DNA from: Bacillales bacterium UBA2450
Lineage (GTDB): Bacteria > Bacillota_I > Bacilli_A > RFN20 > CAG-826
NCBI GenBank assembly: GCA_002342545.1
Contig: DDQE01000036.1
Coordinates: forward strand, 1,183-65,182
Direction of reading: 5' to 3'
Length of the DNA stretch: 64,000 nucleotides
Shown here: piece after piece, positions 46,732 to 57,489 of the stretch
How positions within the stretch are numbered: the stretch's first letter is position 1
Layout of the letters: every line of letters starts with the position of its first letter
Program-made: the position numbers and the translations under genes
Notes under the pieces: generated by a model
Told to the model about the DNA's origin: nothing
Seen by the model: the letters and a program-made list of their open reading frames with translations, nothing else
Database searches by the model: none

Positions 46732-47284
46732 AGAAGAATTACACGAAGAACTCCCTAAAAAAGAAAAAAAGAAATTAGAAAAAGCTAATGACGAAATTGA
46801 AAAGTTAAAAGCGGAAGCTAACCACTGGAAAAACGAATATTATCGAGCCTACGCTGATACAAAGAACTTAAGAAATAATCTTGAACAAGATTACAAAAAC
46901 GCTCTTAAGTATCGTAGCGAAGGATTTATCGAAGAACTTCTTCCGATATTAGATAGCTTCCATATGGCTCTTGCTAACGAGCCATCTGATCCGACACTTA
47001 AGAATTACTTAACTGGATTCCAATATGTTTATCGAAACATGGTGGCGGTATTAGAGAACGAAGGAGTGAGTGAACTCGTTCCTGAAGTTGGCAAAAAATT
47101 CGATCCAAATACTATGGACGCTGTTGATACAGTTGAAGGAGAACAAGATAACATTGTTCTAAAGGTCTATGGTAACGGATATAAATTACATGATCGCATT
47201 ATTCGCCCAGCGAAAGTGCAGGTCGCAATCTTAAAACCAATAAAAGAGGAAAAAACCGAAGAAAAAGCATCATTTGATGCATAG
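46715..47284 (+). CDS. grpE: Nucleotide exchange factor GrpE
   Basis: Coiled-coil N-terminus and the GYKLHDRIIRPAKV C-terminus. GTG 46721 is an alternative start with better SD spacing. Confidence 0.9.
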   Translation: MKVENKEELHEELPKKEKKKLEKANDEIEKLKAEANHWKNEYYRAYADTKNLRNNLEQDYKNALKYRSEGFIEELLPILDSFHMALANEPSDPTLKNYLTGFQYVYRNMVAVLENEGVSELVPEVGKKFDPNTMDAVDTVEGEQDNIVLKVYGNGYKLHDRIIRPAKVQVAILKPIKEEKTEEKASFDA

Positions 47285-47297
47285 GAGGAAATAAATT

Positions 47298-49121
47298 ATG
47301 GCAAAAGAAATTATCTTAGGTATCGACCTTGGAACTACTAACTCAGTAGTATCCTATTTACAAGCAGATGGCACTGTGAAAGTCATCCCTTCTCCAGAAG
47401 GAACAATGACCACTCCATCAGTTGTTGCCTTTAAGGCAAATGGTGAAGAAATCGTTGGTAACGCTGCTAAAAGACAAGCAATTACTAACCCTGATACAGT
47501 CGCCTCTATTAAAAGAAAAATGGGTAGTGCAGAAAAAGTTCACATTAACTGTGTGAATAAAGACTTCACCCCACAAGAAATCTCTGCAAAAATTCTTGCT
47601 TACATGAAGAAATATGCAGAAACTAACATTGGCCACAAAGTGGAAAAAGCAGTTATTACTGTTCCTGCTTACTTCAACGACGCTCAAAGACAAGCGACTA
47701 AAGACGCTGGTCAAATCGCTGGATTAGATGTTGTCCGTATTATTAACGAACCAACCGCTGCTGCCTTAGCCTATGGCTTACAAACCGAAAAATCTGAAAA
47801 GATCTTAGTGTTTGACTTAGGTGGTGGTACATTCGATGTCTCTATTCTTGATATTGGAGATGGCACATTCGAAGTTGTTTCTACCGCTGGAGATAATAAA
47901 CTCGGTGGTGATGACTGGGATGCTGTAGTCGCTGATTATATCAAAGCTCAAATTAAGATGGATTGTGGTGTTGATATCACTGATAAAGGTAGCTTACAAA
48001 GAATTAAAGAAGCTGCTGAAAAGGCCAAGATTGAATTATCTTCATCCTTAGAAACAGTGGTCTCCTTACCATTCATTTCTATGACCAGTGCTGGCCCTGT
48101 GAACTTTGAACACACTTTAACCCGTGCTAAGTTCCAAGACTTAACAAGACATCTCTTGAAGAGATGTGAAGAACCAGTTAGACGTGCCTTAAGCGACGCT
48201 AATATGAAAGCTAGCGAACTTGATCAAGTCTTATTAATCGGTGGTTCTATCCGTATGCCAGCGGTTCAAGAATTAGTGAAAACTTTAACTGGCAAACAAC
48301 CAAACTTATCTGTTAACCCAGATGAAGCTGTCTCAATCGGTGCAGCTTATCAAGGTGGTGTTGTTTCTGGTGATGTTAAAGATGTTGTTCTTCTTGATGT
48401 TACCCCATTAACCTTAGGCATTGAAACTTTAGGTGGTGTGTTGACTCCTCTTATTAAGAGAAATACCACAATTCCAACCACTCAAAGTCAAATCTTCTCA
48501 ACCGCTGCTGATAATCAACCTGCAGTTGATATCATGGTTTATCAAGGTGAAAGACCAATGGCCCATGATAATAAATTACTTGGTCACTTCCAATTAACTG
48601 GTATTAAACCAGCTAGACGTGGCGAACCTCGAATTGAAGTTACATTCTCTATTGACGTTAACGGTATCGTTAAAGTGTCCGCTAAAGACTTAGATACTCA
48701 AAAAGAACAAGAAATTACCATCACCGGTAGTAATGGACTTTCTAAAGAAGACATCGATAGAATGGTCAGAGAAGCCGAAGAAAATGCTGAAGCTGATGCT
48801 AAACGTAAAGAAGAAACCGAAGTGAAGAATAAGGCCGAATCCTTAATTAACGATATCGATATTTCTTTACAAGAAAAAGGCGACAGCATTGATCCTACCC
48901 AAAAAGAACAAACTCAAAAATTAAGAGATGAACTCAAGACTGCGTTAGATAATAACGATATTGAAACTCTTAAAAAGAGAATCTCTGAATTAGAGCAAGC
49001 AGCAGCCTACATGGCTAACGCTCAAGCTGGCAAAGGTCAACAAGCTGGTCAAGAAGGCACCCCAGGAAGCAATCCTGATGATGTCGTTGATGCTGACTTC
49101 TCAGACAAAAACAAAGCGTAA
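47298..49121 (+). CDS. dnaK: Molecular chaperone DnaK
   Basis: The [18 protein letters not shown] and [11 protein letters not shown] motifs. Confidence 0.97.
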   Translation: MAKEIILGIDLGTTNSVVSYLQADGTVKVIPSPEGTMTTPSVVAFKANGEEIVGNAAKRQAITNPDTVASIKRKMGSAEKVHINCVNKDFTPQEISAKILAYMKKYAETNIGHKVEKAVITVPAYFNDAQRQATKDAGQIAGLDVVRIINEPTAAALAYGLQTEKSEKILVFDLGGGTFDVSILDIGDGTFEVVSTAGDNKLGGDDWDAVVADYIKAQIKMDCGVDITDKGSLQRIKEAAEKAKIELSSSLETVVSLPFISMTSAGPVNFEHTLTRAKFQDLTRHLLKRCEEPVRRALSDANMKASELDQVLLIGGSIRMPAVQELVKTLTGKQPNLSVNPDEAVSIGAAYQGGVVSGDVKDVVLLDVTPLTLGIETLGGVLTPLIKRNTTIPTTQSQIFSTAADNQPAVDIMVYQGERPMAHDNKLLGHFQLTGIKPARRGEPRIEVTFSIDVNGIVKVSAKDLDTQKEQEITITGSNGLSKEDIDRMVREAEENAEADAKRKEETEVKNKAESLINDIDISLQEKGDSIDPTQKEQTQKLRDELKTALDNNDIETLKKRISELEQAAAYMANAQAGKGQQAGQEGTPGSNPDDVVDADFSDKNKA

Positions 49122-49148
49122 TTTGTATTATATAAATTTCCTTTCGCT

Positions 49149-49166
49149 AGAGGGCTTCGGCCCTCT
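49149..49166 (+). terminator. Stable UUCG-tetraloop hairpin between dnaK and dnaJ (attenuator or stabiliser; weak U-tail)
   Basis: AGAGGGC-ttcg-GCCCTCT followed by only TT. Confidence 0.45.
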
Positions 49167-49191
49167 TTAGCCTAAGGAAGAAAGGACTAAC

Positions 49192-50325
49192 ATGGCAAAA
49201 AGAGATTATTATGAAGTTTTAGGTGTTAGCAGGACTGCATCTAAAGATGAAATCAAATCTGCCTATCGTAAATTAGCGAAAAAATATCACCCAGATAATA
49301 AAGAAACTGGTGATGAAGCAAAATTTAAAGAAGTGCAAGAAGCCTATGATATTTTGTTCGATGATCAAAAGCGTGATGCCTATAATCAATTTGGCCATGC
49401 GGCATTTGAACAAACTGGAGGAGGCCCTGGTGGAGGCAATCCATTTAGTGGTGGATTCTCTGGTTTTGGTGAAGATATCAATTTAGGTGATATATTCTCT
49501 TCCTTCTTTGGAGGAGGCTCTGCTAGAAGAAACGCTAGTAGAACTGGCCCTCAAAGAGGAGATGACATCTTAATGAAACATCGTGTCGATTTTATGGATA
49601 CGGTGAACGGTAAAGATGAAGAAGTGTCATTCGACTACGATGAAGATTGCCCACATTGTCACGGCACAGGGGCTGAAAGTCCTAGTGACATCAAAACCTG
49701 TTCTAGATGTAGCGGCAAAGGAACAATTATTCGTCAACAACGTGGCATCTTTGGAATGATGAATACTGAAACCATTTGTCCTGATTGTAATGGGGCAGGT
49801 AGAACAATTCTTAAGAAATGTTCTGTTTGTGGTGGAAGCGGTCATAAACGTACCAAAAAGACCATGAAAATTCATATCCCAGTTGGTATTCAAAACGGAC
49901 AACAAATTCGTTTACAAGGAATGGGCGCTGCTGGAACTAATGGTGGGGAGCACGGAGATTTATATATTGAAATTTCTGTTAAACCACACCCATATTTCCA
50001 AAGAGAAAGAAATGATATTCATCTTACTATCCCTATCGACTTTGTCGATGCAATATTAGGGGCAAAGATTGAAGTTCCTACTGTTAATGGAAACGTTTAC
50101 TTAACAATTCCAGAAGGAACTCAACCTGGTCAAACTCTAAGAATGCGCGGACAAGGTATTAAAGATTTAAGAACTGGTAAGCCTGGTGATCAATATGTGC
50201 ACCTTGATATTAAATCCCCAACTTCGCTTAATAGGAAACAAAAAGAAGCTCTTAAAGCCTATAAGGAGAATACCAAGGAGAGCGATGATCCTTACTACAA
50301 GTTCCAAAAAAACTTTAAAAAATAA
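49192..50325 (+). CDS. dnaJ: Molecular chaperone DnaJ
   Basis: J domain (DYYEVLGV...HPD), G/F region and four CxxCxGxG zinc motifs. Confidence 0.97.
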   Translation: MAKRDYYEVLGVSRTASKDEIKSAYRKLAKKYHPDNKETGDEAKFKEVQEAYDILFDDQKRDAYNQFGHAAFEQTGGGPGGGNPFSGGFSGFGEDINLGDIFSSFFGGGSARRNASRTGPQRGDDILMKHRVDFMDTVNGKDEEVSFDYDEDCPHCHGTGAESPSDIKTCSRCSGKGTIIRQQRGIFGMMNTETICPDCNGAGRTILKKCSVCGGSGHKRTKKTMKIHIPVGIQNGQQIRLQGMGAAGTNGGEHGDLYIEISVKPHPYFQRERNDIHLTIPIDFVDAILGAKIEVPTVNGNVYLTIPEGTQPGQTLRMRGQGIKDLRTGKPGDQYVHLDIKSPTSLNRKQKEALKAYKENTKESDDPYYKFQKNFKK

Positions 50326-50350
50326 GACCCTTTGGGTCTTTTCTTTTTTT
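50324..50350 (+). terminator. Rho-independent terminator of the dnaK operon
   Basis: AAGACCC-ttt-GGGTCTT followed by a T-run. Confidence 0.8.
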
Positions 50351-50363
50351 GAGACACCTTTTT

Positions 50364-50410
50364 AAAATTTTTTTGCAAAAAAATCGCATTTTTTCCCTCT
50401 TTATATAATG
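50364..50410 (+). promoter_or_regulatory. Second copy of the 47-bp T7GCA7-palindrome promoter module
   Basis: AAAATTTTTTTGCAAAAAAATCGCA-N6-CCCTCTTTATATAATG. It is identical to 29838-29884 except for 5 nt in the central hexamer. Confidence 0.6.
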
Positions 50411-50438
50411 TAGGGACATTCTCTACAAAGGAGGAAAA

Positions 50439-51656
50439 ATGTACTTCATATCCCAAGTCGGCCAACATGATTGTGCCTTTGCTTGTCTAAAGATGTTATT
50501 GGCCAATTATCATCATGACAAGAATTATTTATTTTTGCAGTGCGAGGATAAGCCATATAGTTTTATGGACTTAAAGAAAATCGCAGCCACGTATCATATG
50601 GATGTATCAGGCGTCCGAGTAGAAGGATCTAAAGAGCTTGAGAATAATAAGCAATATCCTTTTATTGTCACATTAGAGAAAAAGAAAGGAGTGAAACATA
50701 GCGTTCTCGTTCTAGGAATGAGCCGGAAATACGTAAAAATATACGATCCGGAAACTGGCAAAAGGAAAATCCTTTCTGAAATCTTTTATGGTCAATGGGA
50801 CCGTAAAGCTTTAATAGTCAATAAAGAAAAAGGCTACCAAAAGTTTAAATGTGATGTGCAAATCAATGATTTCATTGATAAGAAAGATAAAATCACCATC
50901 CCATTATGGCAAATTATTAGTTCCATATCTTTAGCGGTGGGAATGTATTTTATTAACGCTAATTCATATTTCTTTCTCCCAATTATCTTTTTAGCGTTAT
51001 TCATTATCTTTGAATTGATGTTTAGAAAAAATTTGATTTCCGCGATGCAAAGGATGGATGACAACATTTTCAACTACAAGATCAAAGCAGAAAAGAAAGA
51101 GTTTTACGATTTCTTTAAAGTGATGGAAAAATATCGTTATGTCTCTTTAACGATTATTCCGAACTTACTTTATGTAGTTTTAATTTCTGTGTTTGTCACT
51201 ATGGTGTTAGTGATGAATAGCACAATAAATATAATTTATGTTTTGCTTTCTTTATTACTCGCTTTCATCCATGTTTATATTTATCTCCCATATCAAAAAA
51301 ATAAATATGATGAAGCAATTGAAAAAGAAGCAGAAGTTAAAGAAGTGGAAAATCAATTTCAATTTCGTTCAGTAATTAACACCGCTCATGAGAGCGCTTA
51401 TAAGCTAGGTTTGTTTAAAAATGCCTTAACTTATATTGAAATTGCGGTTTTACTGATGAGTATTATCACGGTGATGGCAGTGTCACACATTGTGAACATT
51501 ACCTATGTTATTTTCTATTTATGCATATCTGTTTATCTAAAAGATAATTTCATTCGTCTAATGCAATATTCAGATAGCAGTGAAGATTATAATAATCAAT
51601 TGGCCAAATTACTTCATTATATCGATTTGTCGATTAAAAATAATCCCGTGGATTGA
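50439..51656 (+). CDS. C39 peptidase-domain membrane protein lacking an ABC ATPase domain
   Basis: N-terminus QVGQHDCAFACLKML (catalytic Cys) with later KHSVLVLG...KIYDP (His/Asp), followed by 4-6 TM helices. There is no Walker motif. Confidence 0.65.
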   Translation: MYFISQVGQHDCAFACLKMLLANYHHDKNYLFLQCEDKPYSFMDLKKIAATYHMDVSGVRVEGSKELENNKQYPFIVTLEKKKGVKHSVLVLGMSRKYVKIYDPETGKRKILSEIFYGQWDRKALIVNKEKGYQKFKCDVQINDFIDKKDKITIPLWQIISSISLAVGMYFINANSYFFLPIIFLALFIIFELMFRKNLISAMQRMDDNIFNYKIKAEKKEFYDFFKVMEKYRYVSLTIIPNLLYVVLISVFVTMVLVMNSTINIIYVLLSLLLAFIHVYIYLPYQKNKYDEAIEKEAEVKEVENQFQFRSVINTAHESAYKLGLFKNALTYIEIAVLLMSIITVMAVSHIVNITYVIFYLCISVYLKDNFIRLMQYSDSSEDYNNQLAKLLHYIDLSIKNNPVD

Positions 51657-51683
51657 GTTTATTATCTATGATAAGATATTCTC

Positions 51684-52139
51684 ATGGAATTAGATTTTAA
51701 TTCAAAATTCGCTGAATGCGAATCATATGAAGATTTTTATTTAGAATTGATGGATGTGACTTTTAAAAAGTTAAACATCAAATGCGACCCAATTGTGTCG
51801 GTCAGTATTGTTGACAACCGTTATATCCATAAAATCAATAAAAAATATCGTCATATTGATCGCCCAACAGATGTCATTAGTTTTGCCTTCCTTGATAGCG
51901 AGAATAATTATGATAAAGTTTTGTTTTCGCCAGGACCAGTAGTGCTAGGAGATATTTATATCTCTTTAGAAAAAGCTAAAGAACAGGCTGAGGAATATGG
52001 ACATAGTCTACACCGCGAGTTATCATTCTTATTTGTACATGGCCTACTCCATCTATTGGGATACGACCATATGAATGAGGAAGACGAAAAAGAAATGTTC
52101 CAATTACAAGAAGAAATCTTATCTGACAAAGGAGTATAA
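51684..52139 (+). CDS. ybeY: rRNA maturation endoribonuclease YbeY
   Basis: The HGLLHLLGYDH zinc motif. Confidence 0.92.
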   Translation: MELDFNSKFAECESYEDFYLELMDVTFKKLNIKCDPIVSVSIVDNRYIHKINKKYRHIDRPTDVISFAFLDSENNYDKVLFSPGPVVLGDIYISLEKAKEQAEEYGHSLHRELSFLFVHGLLHLLGYDHMNEEDEKEMFQLQEEILSDKGV

Positions 52140-52143
52140 TCTC

Positions 52144-52545
52144 ATGGACAAAAATCAATTAATCATCAAAGCTAAAGAAGCAAGAAGCTTATCTTATTCT
52201 CCCTATAGCCATTTCGCTGTTGGGGCCGCGCTTTTAACAAAAGATGGAAAAGTCTTTGTTGGCGCTAATATTGAAAACTCCAGTTATCCATTATGTATGT
52301 GTGCTGAAAGAAACGCATTATACAATGCGATGATGAATGGCTATAAAAAAGAAGACTTTGTGGCTTTAGCTTTATCTGCAGATACTGACGAGCCATGTTC
52401 CCCTTGTGGAGCATGCCGCCAAGTGATTAGTGAACTTTTTCCTAGAGAAGCTCCTATCTATATGAGCAATCTTAAAGGAGATGAAAAAGAGACAACAATC
52501 GATGAACTTCTCCCATTTGCGTTCTCTGGAGATGATCTTAAATAA
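52144..52545 (+). CDS. cdd: Cytidine deaminase
   Basis: The CAERNA and PCGACRQ zinc motifs. Start at ATG 52144. Confidence 0.9.
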   Translation: MDKNQLIIKAKEARSLSYSPYSHFAVGAALLTKDGKVFVGANIENSSYPLCMCAERNALYNAMMNGYKKEDFVALALSADTDEPCSPCGACRQVISELFPREAPIYMSNLKGDEKETTIDELLPFAFSGDDLK

Positions 52546-53432
52546 TGAAATCTGGGTTTGTAACAATTTTAGGACATCCAAATGTTGGCAAGTCGACCAT
52601 TTTAAATGGTTTAATCAACCATAAGATATCGATTGTCACTGATAAAAGTCAAACTACGAGAAATATTATCAAAGGTATTTATCGCGGTGCAGATTCACAA
52701 ATTATCTTCATTGACACCCCTGGTATTCATAAGCCTCACGCTAAATTAGGCGAAGAGATGAATGCTATGGCTTATTCAAGTGCACATGATGCTGATGTAA
52801 ATATTTTAGTGGTGGATGCTTCTAAACCGTTTGGTGAAGGAGATCAATATCTATTAGACCATTTAGATATAAAAAACGCCCCTTTAGTTATTGTTTTTAA
52901 TAAAATTGATCAAGCAAGAATTGATAAAGTCGAAAAGTTAAAAGCAATCTACAAAGAAAAACTTCCAGAAAGCCACTTTATTGACACTGTGGCGAGCGAA
53001 AAGTTCAATTTGGATTTGCTCATCAAAGTAGTGGAAAATCTCCTTCCAGAAGGCCCAGAATATTATCCAGGTGAAGAAATCACTGATAAGGATGAAGTTT
53101 TCCAAATTAAAGAAATTATTAGAGAGAAAGCTTTAAATATCCTTAGAGATGAAGTGCCACATAGCATTGCGATTTATGTAAATAACATTGATTATGAATC
53201 TAAACCAATGCACATCGTTGCTTCAATTATTGTAGAAAAAGATTCCCAAAAGGGAATAGTAATTGGTAGTGGCGGCAAACGCATTAAACTCATCGGACAA
53301 AAAGCCCGACAAAGCATAGAAAAATATTTAGGCAAACATGTCTATTTAGAATTATTTGTAAAGGTGCAATCAGATTGGCGTAACGACGATGCTTCATTAG
53401 AAGCATATGGATATAAGAACAAAAAGAAATAA
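52545..53432 (+). CDS. era: GTPase Era
   Basis: GHPNVGKST, DTPG and NKID motifs with a C-terminal KH domain. Confidence 0.95.
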   Translation: MKSGFVTILGHPNVGKSTILNGLINHKISIVTDKSQTTRNIIKGIYRGADSQIIFIDTPGIHKPHAKLGEEMNAMAYSSAHDADVNILVVDASKPFGEGDQYLLDHLDIKNAPLVIVFNKIDQARIDKVEKLKAIYKEKLPESHFIDTVASEKFNLDLLIKVVENLLPEGPEYYPGEEITDKDEVFQIKEIIREKALNILRDEVPHSIAIYVNNIDYESKPMHIVASIIVEKDSQKGIVIGSGGKRIKLIGQKARQSIEKYLGKHVYLELFVKVQSDWRNDDASLEAYGYKNKKK

Positions 53433-53433
53433 C

Positions 53434-54156
53434 ATGAAAGTTATTATTTTAAGCAAAAGCAATTATAAAGAAAAAGATTGTATTTATAACGCTCTTAGCC
53501 AAGAAGGATTAATTTCTTTTATGGCTAAAGGAGCGCAAGATCCAAAAAGCAAGTATGTATGGCTCAACAACCCATTAACAATAGTGGATGTCGATTTTCT
53601 TTCAGATGGGCGATATAAGCACAAAGTAATTAATAGTGCAGTTCTAATATCATCGCCAATGCAAAAATCCACTAACTATGAGTATTTAGTGGCAATTAAT
53701 GTTCTAACTGAACTTAGTAAAAACGTTTTGGCAGATGAAGAAAAACATCTCATTATTAATGAAGTAGAAGCTGCACTAAATGCTTTAAGGAATGATAAAG
53801 ACCATTATATGGTCATCCTTGTGTATTTGGCCAAATTAATTAAATTAGGTGGAGCAGAATTAGAAGTTGACAAATGTGTTTTCTGCGGTAGCAAACAAGA
53901 CATTGTTGCTTTTAGTTTTGAAGATGGCGGATTTGTTTGCAGAAATTGTTTGAATAAAGAAACAGTTAGAGATCTTAATGGAACACAACTACATCTAATT
54001 AGATACATTTTTAAAGCAAACGATTATTCTTTACCAGAAATCGATAAATATTCATTAGATGACAAAAAGGTAATTTTATTAAAATTAAAAGATTTCGTCG
54101 ATGAATATATGGGAGTGAAACTTAACTCCCTTGATGCATTAATCCAAATACAATAA
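53434..54156 (+). CDS. recO: DNA repair protein RecO
   Basis: An OB N-terminus and the CVFCGS...CRNC zinc motif, in the conserved position after era. Start at ATG 53434. Confidence 0.8.
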   Translation: MKVIILSKSNYKEKDCIYNALSQEGLISFMAKGAQDPKSKYVWLNNPLTIVDVDFLSDGRYKHKVINSAVLISSPMQKSTNYEYLVAINVLTELSKNVLADEEKHLIINEVEAALNALRNDKDHYMVILVYLAKLIKLGGAELEVDKCVFCGSKQDIVAFSFEDGGFVCRNCLNKETVRDLNGTQLHLIRYIFKANDYSLPEIDKYSLDDKKVILLKLKDFVDEYMGVKLNSLDALIQIQ

Positions 54157-54235
54157 TAAAATACACTGATAATAGGTTGACAAGATACATAACAAATCAT
54201 ATACTTTTTCCTGCAGTTTTTTGGAGGTTTATCAC

Positions 54236-55609
54236 ATGAGTGATTTTAGTTTTGATAAAGTATGTAGTCATTTAATTTCATCTGGTTATTATTACCAAGG
54301 AAGTGAGATTTATGGTGGCTTATCAAATACATGGGATTATGGACCATTAGGTTCGGAAATTAAGAATAACATTCGTAGAATGTGGTGGAAAAAATTTGTT
54401 CAAGAAAGCCCAACTAACGTCGGTATTGACGCTGCTATTTTAATGAATCCAAAAGTTTGGGAAGCAACTGGACACGTTTCTACATTTAATGATCCATTAA
54501 TTGATTGTAAGAAATGTAAGCAACGTTTCAGAGCCGATCAATTAATTGAAGCGGCTGATCCAAGTGCTCCAGTGACATCCATGAACAACGATCAAATGAT
54601 GGAATATATTCGTTCACATCATATAACATGTCCAAATTGTGGAGATGAGGATTTCACTGATATTCGTCAATTCAATATGATGTTTAAAACACATATTGGT
54701 GTTACTGAAGATTCTAAATCTACAGTTTATTTAAGACCAGAAACCGCTCAAGGCATGTTTGTGAATTTTAAAAACGTCTGTAGAACAACAAGAAGAAAAT
54801 TACCTCTAGGTATTTGTAATGTCGGTAAAGCTTTTAGAAATGAAATCACTCCAGGTCAAATGACATTCAGAATGCGTGAATTTGAACAAATGGAAATGGA
54901 ATTCTTCTGCAAACCAGGAGAAGACTTAAAATGGTTTGAACATTGGAAAAAAGAATGTTTAGAATTTATTAATACCTTAGGTATTAAGAATGAAAACCTC
55001 CGTTACCGTGATCATGACCCAGAAGAACTTGCTTTCTATTCTAAAGCCACAACTGATATTGAATACTTATTCCCATTTGGATGGGGTGAAGTATGGGGCA
55101 TTGCCGATAGAACTGATTATGATTTAAAACGTCATATGAGCTATAGCGGAGAATCTCTAGAATATTTAGATCCAGAAGACAATACAAAATATGTTCCATA
55201 TTGTATTGAACCATCAGTTGGATTAGATAGATTGGTATTAATGGTTTTATCTGATGCATACGATGAAGAAGTGCTTGAAAATGGTGAAACCCGTATTGTA
55301 ATGCACTTATCTCCATTAGTGGCGCCTGTTAAAGCAGCAATCTTACCTTTATCCAAAAAACTAGAGGATAAAGCAAGAGACATCCAAAGAATCTTGTCTA
55401 AGTATATGCCTGTCGTCTATGACGACACTGGTAGTATCGGAAAGAGATATCGTCGTCAAGATGCAGTGGGAACTCCATTCTGTATTACTGTTGACTTTGA
55501 GTCTCTTGATGATAATCAAGTTACAATTAGAGAAAGAGATTCAATGAACCAAATTAGATTACCGATTGAAAAACTTGTTGAGTATCTTGGAGTCAAAATC
55601 TTTTATTAG
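54236..55609 (+). CDS. glyQS: Glycine--tRNA ligase (homodimeric class II type)
   Basis: RGFIYQGSEIYGG-like N-terminus (SGYYYQGSEIYGGL), LRPETAQG, FRNEITP and GLDRL motifs. Start follows ggagg. Confidence 0.93.
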   Translation: MSDFSFDKVCSHLISSGYYYQGSEIYGGLSNTWDYGPLGSEIKNNIRRMWWKKFVQESPTNVGIDAAILMNPKVWEATGHVSTFNDPLIDCKKCKQRFRADQLIEAADPSAPVTSMNNDQMMEYIRSHHITCPNCGDEDFTDIRQFNMMFKTHIGVTEDSKSTVYLRPETAQGMFVNFKNVCRTTRRKLPLGICNVGKAFRNEITPGQMTFRMREFEQMEMEFFCKPGEDLKWFEHWKKECLEFINTLGIKNENLRYRDHDPEELAFYSKATTDIEYLFPFGWGEVWGIADRTDYDLKRHMSYSGESLEYLDPEDNTKYVPYCIEPSVGLDRLVLMVLSDAYDEEVLENGETRIVMHLSPLVAPVKAAILPLSKKLEDKARDIQRILSKYMPVVYDDTGSIGKRYRRQDAVGTPFCITVDFESLDDNQVTIRERDSMNQIRLPIEKLVEYLGVKIFY

Positions 55610-55650
55610 TTTGTTTTTAGTATTAAATTAGTAGTTTTATAATTTATTAT

Positions 55651-57444
55651 ATGGCATACAATAAATCAATTGCAGAAGACGTATTAAAGCATGCGGATAT
55701 TGTTCAAGTCATCTCTTCATTCATTCCATTAATCAAACAAGGAAAGAATTATAAGGCGGTTTGTCCGTTCCATGATGACACAAATCCATCTTTGGTGGTG
55801 TCTCCTGAAAAGCAATTCTTTAAATGTTTCGTTTGCGGAACAAGTGGAACCGCCATTTCCTTTGTTCAAAAATATAAAAAAGTCTCCTATGGAGAAGCGA
55901 TTAAAATTGTCGCTGATATAGTTGGATATCATCCAGAAGGACTTGATTCTATTGCTAAACCTAAAAAGGTTGACGAAAAAAGAGAATCTTTGCTCAAATG
56001 CCTTCATGACTTAAGCCTATATTATCAATTTGCATTGAATACTCCTGAAGGAAAAGAGGGTTTAGATTATTTTGAATCTCGTCATTTAGATGCTCCAATC
56101 AGAAATAAATATAAATTAGGCTATGCCTATAAAGATGGAAAAGCCACAATTGCGTATTTGCAAAAGAAAGGACATTCAATCAAAACTATCGAAGATACAG
56201 GTGTTGCTAAAATGTTATCTGTCGGTAATTATGCTGATATGAATGAGGGCAGAGTGATATTCCCGATTTGCGATATTGATGGCAATGTTGTTGGTTTCAG
56301 TGCTCGAAGATTAGTGGATGATGATACCGCTAAATATATGAACACTCCTGAAACGTATTTATTTCATAAATCGAGCAATTTATATAACATTCATATCGCA
56401 AAAGACGCAGCCAAATTAAAAGGTTATATCTATATCTGTGAAGGCTTTATGGATGTTTATGCATTAAGCAAAATTGGAATAGATGCCGCCGTTGCGATTA
56501 TGGGAACATCGTTGACTAGCGAGCACATTCAGATATTAAGATCGTTGAATGTTGAAATTAGACTTTGTCTAGATGGTGATTTGCCAGGGCAAAGCGCAAT
56601 GATGAAGTATTCCAAATTATTATCTAAGGCTGGATTAAAATATCGTGTAGTGGATAACCAAGGCAGTTCAAAAGATCCAGATGAGATATTAAATGAAGAT
56701 GGAAAAGAAGCTCTTGAAGCATATGTAAATAATCTTATTTCTCAAGTGGATTTTGCTCTTAATTATTATTCAAGGTCCAATCCACTTAAAACAATAGATG
56801 AGAAAAAGGCACTAATTAAAGAGTTTTTACCAATATTATCAAAGATAAATAGTCAAATTGAACTAGACACGTATATTCGTAAGTTGGCAAGAATCACAGG
56901 ATTTGATGTTGAATCTATAAGAGGTGTTGTTAGAAGAACGAGATTATCGACTGCAGATGATAATGTAGTGGCAACAACAAAAATTATGGAAGAGTATCGT
57001 CCTGAAAACAAGGAGCTCCAGAAGCTCTTAACAGCAGAGAGAGAACTTTTATACCAAATGACACAAAACAAGTCTGCTGTGAGCTTTTATGAAGAAAAAA
57101 CGCCAGGATTCTATGATGATATCTATCGCACAATTGCAAATTTTGTCATTGAATATGCTGCAAACCACGAAATGATGGATGATGCTGGCTTACTTGCCTT
57201 ACTTGAATCTAGTGATTTAGAAAATAAGGAAAGAATTATTCGAGATTTGGTTAATATTTATTCTGAAACACATCCAAAAATATGTACTGACGAGCTTCTT
57301 AACAACTTGTTAGAGACTATCGAAGATGAAAGAAAACGTATTAGTGATGAAGATGTCTTGTCTCAATCACTAGAAGGCAAGTCCGAATTAGAAAAAGCAA
57401 GGATCATTAACGAGTTTAATCGTCGAATGGTCTCTAAGAAATAA
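55651..57444 (+). CDS. dnaG: DNA primase
   Basis: The zinc ribbon CPFHDDTNPSL...CFVCG and a TOPRIM domain (CEGFMDV...DGDLPG). ATG lies 7 nt after TATAAT at 55638-55643. Confidence 0.93.
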   Translation: MAYNKSIAEDVLKHADIVQVISSFIPLIKQGKNYKAVCPFHDDTNPSLVVSPEKQFFKCFVCGTSGTAISFVQKYKKVSYGEAIKIVADIVGYHPEGLDSIAKPKKVDEKRESLLKCLHDLSLYYQFALNTPEGKEGLDYFESRHLDAPIRNKYKLGYAYKDGKATIAYLQKKGHSIKTIEDTGVAKMLSVGNYADMNEGRVIFPICDIDGNVVGFSARRLVDDDTAKYMNTPETYLFHKSSNLYNIHIAKDAAKLKGYIYICEGFMDVYALSKIGIDAAVAIMGTSLTSEHIQILRSLNVEIRLCLDGDLPGQSAMMKYSKLLSKAGLKYRVVDNQGSSKDPDEILNEDGKEALEAYVNNLISQVDFALNYYSRSNPLKTIDEKKALIKEFLPILSKINSQIELDTYIRKLARITGFDVESIRGVVRRTRLSTADDNVVATTKIMEEYRPENKELQKLLTAERELLYQMTQNKSAVSFYEEKTPGFYDDIYRTIANFVIEYAANHEMMDDAGLLALLESSDLENKERIIRDLVNIYSETHPKICTDELLNNLLETIEDERKRISDEDVLSQSLEGKSELEKARIINEFNRRMVSKK

Positions 57445-57489
57445 CGAAGTTAAAAAGAAATCTTATTGATTTGAAGGGAGAACAAAACA

